Origin: Chrysomallon squamiferum
Lineage: Eukaryota; Animalia; Mollusca
NCBI GenBank assembly: GCA_012295275.1
Contig: CM022670.1
Location: 3,720,001 to 3,784,000 of the forward strand
Direction of reading: 5' to 3'
DNA: 64,000 bases
The notes beneath the pieces were generated by a model. It saw only the letters and a list, made by a program, of their open reading frames with translations. It made no database searches and had not been told where the DNA came from. The translations under genes and the position numbers were made by a program. Below, in pieces: positions 57,369 to 64,000 of the stretch. Each line of letters opens with the position of its first letter. Position 1 is the stretch's first letter.

Positions 57369-57674
57369 ATGTCGGGAATTCCTGCTCCGTGGTTTCAGCA
57401 GAAACAGATGGCGACACCGCGACGAATCCCCGCCGTGGACGTACTCACTCAGGAAGAGCTGGACGTCATCACGGAGCGGCTGTCGAAGCCGACGCAGGCG
57501 TTTCTGGCCAAGAAGTCGCTGCACTGGAAGCAGGACACGTACACCGACCAAGGTCGCTACGACTGGAGTAAGATGGACCTGTGCGAGGACTGCAAGAAGT
57601 GCACGTGGACGCCCATTGGAACCGTGAAGAAGTCGTACAAGATCAGGCCAAATCTGACCCCGCCTCAGCACTGA
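57369..57674 (+). CDS. Small uncharacterised protein (101 aa from ATG 57369, or the last exon of a longer protein)
   Basis: Sharp GC-rich island with strong G/C third-position bias, translating to MSGIPAPWFQQKQMATPRRIPAVDVLTQEELDVITERLSKPTQAFLAKKSLHWKQDTYTDQGRYDWSKMDLCEDCKKCTWTPIGTVKKSYKIRPNLTPPQH*. It is preceded by a perfect branch point TACTAAC (57334-57340) and acceptor TTTCCTATCTCCAG| (exon start 57358). ATTAAA (57845) and AATAAA (~57917) lie downstream. The poly-Ile N-terminus in the ORF track is an intronic ATC microsatellite. Confidence 0.8.
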   Translation: MSGIPAPWFQQKQMATPRRIPAVDVLTQEELDVITERLSKPTQAFLAKKSLHWKQDTYTDQGRYDWSKMDLCEDCKKCTWTPIGTVKKSYKIRPNLTPPQH

Positions 57675-57793
57675 CGTCGCAGAGCGTTTGTTCAGACTGT
57701 GCCGTACTAAAAGACATGTTTAAGTTATTTATTATTTTAAGTCAGATGTTTTATCGATGTAAAGATCTCTGATATTTTTATTCGTACTTGTAT

Positions 57794-57842
<49 letters not shown>

Positions 57843-58441
57843 ATATTAAAAGAAAACGAACTGATAAATAGATATGTACTGATGTTTACGTATATTATTT
57901 ATGTTTGTGTGTCATAAATAAAAACATACATACATACATACATACATACATTCATATATAATACATATATATATATACATAGGTATGTACGTAGACACAC
58001 ACACACACTCCTGAACAAAGTTTAAAACAGGTATTAAATTATCATCGATTTTATGTTAAAAGACATAAAAAAAAAATTTTAAAAATCGTTTTTCGCAGAC
58101 TGTATGAAAAAGTAAAGGAAAAAAATATGGGTGGAAAAAGAGAAATAAAATAAAAATAAACATTTTTGGTTTCTTAAATTATTATTATTATTATTAATGT
58201 TTATCATAATGAATTTAAGACCTGTGACTTTTTAAAAAAAAATAGGTGTAACTTCAACTTTATTTTTCAAAGTAATCTGTCATCTGGACAGTTAGAGTTC
58301 AGTAAAATGATGGATTATGAACTCAAAATGCATCATTTCTGAGTCTGTGTGTGTGTCTTGCATTAACATGAAGTAAATATTCAAACCACCCGTCACTGCT
58401 GGATGTTTTCTTACATACCGCTGAAACTGTTATATGAAATC

Positions 58442-58500
<59 letters not shown>

Positions 58501-59143
58501 GTCATTATCATCATTGTCATTATTGTTGTTGTTGATGTTGATGTTGTTGCTGTTATAGTGTCCTGAGTTATCAGTATATATATGTAACGTTTATAATTAT
58601 ATTTGCTTTGGTGTGTCGTTTGTGTTTGTATAATTTTATATAGTGAAATGTCTCAGTTGTTATGTTATTCATTTTTACCCTCGAACCTTTTAAATTTTGT
58701 GTGTGTGTGTGTGTGTGTGTGAGCGCGTGCGCGCGCGTATGTGAGTGCCTATATTACACGTACAGTATTAATGGATACAACTAAATACTCGTTAAATCCA
58801 TACGTGATAAGGGATAATCATATTAGGTGTATGTGTTTGATAAATTACTTAGATTCAGTGCTTGAAAGATATGTCAGTCTTTACTGTTCTTTTATTTGTG
58901 TTACGTTAGATGACATTCTGTGAAGAGTTATTTGTTAAGATGATAACATCAATTATCACAGTAATGTGAAGACAATAAGAAATTAAAGAAAACTGTTAAA
59001 TATATTTATGAAAACTTCATTGTTGTTTGTTGTTACCATGAAATTTTTCCAAGCACGCGTTCATTTGTTAAAAAACGAGTTGGAGTGCGCAGGCATAATA
59101 TTTATAACGTCTGTCCAGAAAGTAAAATCAATTTAATCAGTTA

Positions 59144-59144
<1 letters not shown>

Positions 59145-59220
<76 letters not shown>
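59145..59220. repeat. (CA)n microsatellite
   Basis: Directly visible. Confidence 0.95.
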
Positions 59221-59223
<3 letters not shown>

Positions 59224-59598
59224 CCCAAAACGCCAGGATTGAACGTAAACGTACCAACGACCTTGACCGAGTGATATCAAATCATCTGTGAAACAGGCTC
59301 TCTGTAAATATCAAATAGTTTCGCAGTGACCATTTAATGCTGAAGAAATCCAGTCAGTTATATGTGGCATTCCTTTGATGATCGGAGAGGTTAAACTGTG
59401 TCAAGCAAAGATCGTTTACCGATATAGAGTTTATTTGATTTGTGGAAATATAGCACGTGTTTTGACGAGGTGTTGTCATTCCACAAATGTACCAAATACT
59501 GATTTCCTGAAGACGAATTTTCTGTGGTAGCCGATAGTTTACATCTTTAATTATCTATTATATATATATATATATGTATGTATGTATGTATGTATATA

Positions 59599-59644
<46 letters not shown>

Positions 59645-59646
<2 letters not shown>

Positions 59647-61090
59647 GTGCAACAACGGGATCTAATACTATAATATACAAATTCAGTTCGAACACACAAT
59701 TACAACAACGGGATCTAATAATTTAATACACAAACTTTGTAAAAACACACCAGTACAACAACGGGATCTAATAATTTAATACACAAACTTTGTAAAAACA
59801 CACCAGTACAACAACGGGATCTAATAATTTAATACACAAACTTTGTAAAAACACACAATTACAACAACGGGATCTAATACTTTAATACACAAACTCATTT
59901 AAACACACAATTACAACAACGGGATCTAATACTTTAATACACAAACTCATTTAAACACACAATTACAACAACGGGATCTAATACTTTAATACACAAACTC
60001 ATTTAAACACACAATTACAACAACGGGATCTAATAATTTAATACACAAACTTTGTAAAAACACACAATTACAACAACGGGATCTAATACTTTAATACACA
60101 AACTCATTTAAACACACAATTACAACAACGGGATCTAATACTTTAATACACAAACTCATTTAAACACACAATTACAACAACGGGATCTAATACTTTAATA
60201 CACAAACTCATTTTAAACACACAATTACAACAACGGGATCTAATAATTTAATACACAAACTTTGTAAAAACACACAATTACAACAACGGGATCTAATACT
60301 TTAATACACAAACTCATAAAAACACACAATTACAACAACGGGATCTAATACTTTAATACACAAACTCATTTAAAACACACAATTACAACAACGGGATCTA
60401 ATACTTTAAACACAAACTCATTTAAACACACAATTACAACAACGGGATCTAATAATTTAATACACAAACTTTGTAAAAACACACAATTACAACAACGGGA
60501 TCTAATACTTTAATACACAAACTCATTTAAACACACAATTACAACAACGGGATCTAATACTTTAATACACAAACTCATTTAAACACACAATTACAACAAC
60601 GGGATCTAATACTTTAATACACAAACTCAGTTAAAACACACAATTACAACAACGGGATCTAATACTGTAACACACAAACTCATTTAAACACACAATTACA
60701 ACAACGGGATCTAATACTTTAATACACAAACTTCGTAAAAACACACCAGTACAACAACGGGATCTAATAATTTAATACACAAACTTTGTAAAAACACACC
60801 AGTACAACAACGGGATCTAATAATTTAATACACAAACTCATTCAAAACACACAATTACAACAACGGGATCTAATAATTTAATACACAAACTCATTTAAAC
60901 ACACAATTACAACAACGGGATCTAATACTATAATACACAAACTCATTTAAACACACAATTACAACAACGGGATCTAATACTTTAATACACAAACTCAGTT
61001 AAAACACACTAGTACAACAACGTGATCAAATACTATAATACACAGCCTGAACTATAACACACAGCACAACAAGGGGATCTAATACTGTAA
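59645..61090. repeat. Satellite/minisatellite array, about 27-28 copies of a 52/53-bp unit
   Basis: Unit A (52 bp) is ACAACAACGGGATCTAATACTTTAATACACAAACTCATTTAAACACACAATT. Unit B (53 bp) is ACAACAACGGGATCTAATAATTTAATACACAAACTTTGTAAAAACACAC(AATT/CAGT). CGGGATC recurs at 59656, 59709, 59762 ... 60968, with degenerate terminal copies. Confidence 0.97.
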
Positions 61091-61559
61091 GAACAGTAAG
61101 GACAACATGTGTTTGAATAACGTGTAATTAGAAAAACAATAACAAAAACAGTTTGACAATATGACCTTGTAATTCTTTTCACACTGTAGATGACGGTTCT
61201 GTTTAACTTTTGAATTTACATAACTGAACTGACAGACTATACATATGTTATGTCGATAATGATAATGATGAAGGTGAAGATGATTATTATGATGATGATG
61301 ATTATTTAATAGCGATGATAATGGTTGTTGTGACGATGTTTTATAATAAAGACGGTTGTATTGACAATTTAATAATGATAATGGTGAAAATGATGACGAC
61401 AGTGATGATGAACGCGCTAAAAGCGGGATGATGCAATTAGATGAGGAATTCTTAACATGAAGAAGTGATTATCTGATGATAATGATATTGATGATGATAC
61501 TATTGATACTTGTAATAATGATAAAGGTGATACTGATGAATTAATAATCATAATAGTGG

Positions 61560-61595
<36 letters not shown>

Positions 61596-62097
61596 ATGGA
61601 AATACCGTAATAATTAAATGTTATTGTTATTGTTGTTTTCTGTTTCTTTTTATTAATTCCAGCACCACTAAGTATTACAATAATTAATTCGTCCTAGCAA
61701 TAACAACGACGACCGACGTCATTTCAATAAATCGACACGCTGATAACGATAATCGTGACGATATCGATAATACTGCTGTCGTGCAGTCGCCGAAGATGAA
61801 TCGTTTATGAACAATCATTATACAGTCGCTGTGTTGAGAAAACACATTGGTGGTATGTGGCGCTTGCTTTTGTCTGGCCACAGCTGTTGTAAACTTAAGG
61901 TCAGTTACATACGTCTAGTTTTACTACGACACCTGTTACATGTTTGTGGGCATGCGCCTGCGTTCAACCTGCATTTTGAAATAAAGCTTAGTCGTCGATT
62001 CTCAAGACTGAGATAATCTCTGTGTTAAATTTTGATTAAACATTTATCAATGTTTTCAACACGTTCTCGAAATGGGTTAGATGGGTGCTGTGCTTAG

Positions 62098-62238
62098 ATA
62101 GGTACTGGGGTGCACTGGGCGGCGTTTGTGGGGGTGAGAGATCTCTGGGTGTGGCGCTCTGTTTGTTGTCGAATGCCGGATGCGGTGTTTAGAGATTTTC
62201 ACACAGGAAGTCAGGGGTTAAATTCGTCCACTGATAAG
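62098..62238 (+). other. Candidate exon (GC-rich island ending in a strong donor)
   Basis: G-rich complex segment ending AAG|GTAAGG at 62238/62239. A possible ATG at 62173 gives MPDAVFRDFHTGSQGLNSSTDK (phase 0). An upstream CpG-rich region spans 61690-62010. No homology recognised. Confidence 0.25.
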
Positions 62239-62248
62239 GTAAGGTCCC

Positions 62249-62249
<1 letters not shown>

Positions 62250-62331
<82 letters not shown>
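62250..62331. repeat. (CT)n microsatellite
   Basis: Directly visible. Confidence 0.95.
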
Positions 62332-62333
<2 letters not shown>

Positions 62334-63090
62334 GCTCTCACACTCTCTCTCTATCTCTCTCTCCGTATATTTTTCTCTCACTTTCTTTCTCTCTCTTCTT
62401 TCTCTGTTTTCCTCACTCTCTTTATCTTTCTGACTGTCACATCCATACGTCAATCTGTCAGTCTGTCTGTACATAAATCACTTTCGCTCTCATTGTCGTT
62501 CTCTCATCTGTACTTAAATATACAACATGTATTGATCGATTCGTTCATGTATCCAGTCATCTATCTACATACACTGTGTATATATCCGCGTTTGTTTCCT
62601 TTTATACACGAAGTTATTATTACTTTGGCGACTTCAATGAATGATTTTATGTACGTTTAAGATGTATTCTTTTACTCTCACAAAACATTACATCAATTTA
62701 CTTAACAATAATAAAGTCCTGAAAAGCAGGATATTTACTTTTTATACGGATTTTCTTTTTTTTTTCTTTTTTTCTTCTTTTTTTGAAATTGTGATCAGAT
62801 CTGTTTTGTTTATGTCGTTATATTCTATATCCAGTTCGAGGTTAAGATTTATATTTGACATCATGTATAGTTTATATAAGAAATACATTTAAATAGATGT
62901 ATATTTAAATATACGACCGAGTACAGGAATTAATTATAACTGTCAGCTGTTGCTTGTGGAAGTCAGTGCGCCTAATTACACAGACAAGTGTAGAAATTAG
63001 TGTATGAAGTACCAGAACAACTGTGAATGTTGTTTACCTAGTCAGCTTAATGTGAAATTACGTAAACTGCATGATGTGTATATGTAGGTA

Positions 63091-63125
<35 letters not shown>

Positions 63126-63312
63126 AAATATGTGTGTATGTATGTATGTATATATGTAAATATCTGTGTATGTATGTATCTATGTAAATATGTATGTATG
63201 TGCTTATATATGGTTTTATGTCTGCGGGTCATGTATGTATGTATATTTGTATATATATATATAGATATGAATGAATGCATGTATGTGGGTGGGTATATAT
63301 ACATATGTATGT

Positions 63313-63439
<127 letters not shown>

Positions 63440-64000
63440 TATGTATAATATGTACATTCTAATATCCCAACTATTATGATGTATAAACTAAATACGTGTA
63501 ACTTGCACTTGATAACAAACGACAGTAAACATTTATTAATAATGAGCTTAGAGCCTCTGGAGCTTATACGCGATAAACAGATTAGATAAAAAAAAAATTG
63601 GGAGGCAACACTGGGAAAGAATATAAGTTAATAATTAACACAAGGCATAATGAACAGAGAATTGGATGTCGAACACGATACTTTATTTGATATAACATTA
63701 GTTACAAATCATAAGTCTATTCAGCTGCATGTCGCATCTGTCTCTCTAATATCAGTTTGTCTGTTTATTTATCTGTCTATCTGTTTCTGTCTCTCTTTTT
63801 CTCGTCTCTCGTAATCTTTCTATCTACCTATCTCAGACGCACACACAGACAGACACGAACGCCCCTACAAACTTATAAACCTACACCAATAAACTCGCGC
63901 GTGCGGACACCCACGCAGTCCTATCTGGTCTGTTTTTGGATTTTCATTTATTTGCCATTATTGCTGCTTTAAGCGATACTTTTATAACTGACTGCATTAA

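Noticed and set aside
57348-57772. ORFs 57348-57671 (-), 57389-57571 (+) and 57581-57772 (+)
   Set aside because: Antisense or alternative-frame shadows of the high-GC3 57369-57674 CDS.
59645-61090. CRISPR-like appearance (constant ACAACAACGGGATCTAATA followed by a variable part)
   Set aside because: The intervening sequences are near-identical variants of two types, not unique spacers. There are no cas genes and the context is eukaryotic. It is a satellite.

Overview
AT-rich, microsatellite-dense animal genomic DNA. It is not prokaryotic: there are spliceosomal introns and no operons or CRISPR. Gene content and SINE remnants suggest an invertebrate, probably a gastropod mollusc (inference). 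The main gene is the 5' part of a minus-strand class C GPCR of the GABA-B receptor family, closest to invertebrate GABA-B-R3. Its coding exon 1 (35362-34665) is joined by a 32.5-kb phase-0 GT-AG intron to exon 2 (2201-2064), and the gene continues past the left edge. Exon 1 has a single -1 frame break between the signal-peptide ORF and the Venus-flytrap ORF, most likely an assembly indel, although recoding is not excluded. The intron also holds a possible in-frame alternative terminal exon. The right part carries two small divergent genes: a secreted PAN-like/EGF-like protein with an RGD motif (54777-54199, -) and a ~101-aa GC-rich ORF with a MAP7-like RLxxPTxxFLA motif (57369-57674, +). It also has a 1.45-kb 52/53-bp satellite with a 4-mer higher-order structure. 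The window further contains several minisatellites, decayed tRNA-derived SINEs and inverted (CT)n/(GA)n pairs. Almost all other ORFs in the track are microsatellite artefacts. I found no convincing new multi-gene system; the best leads are the exon-1 frame break, the candidate alternative exon and the two orphan genes.
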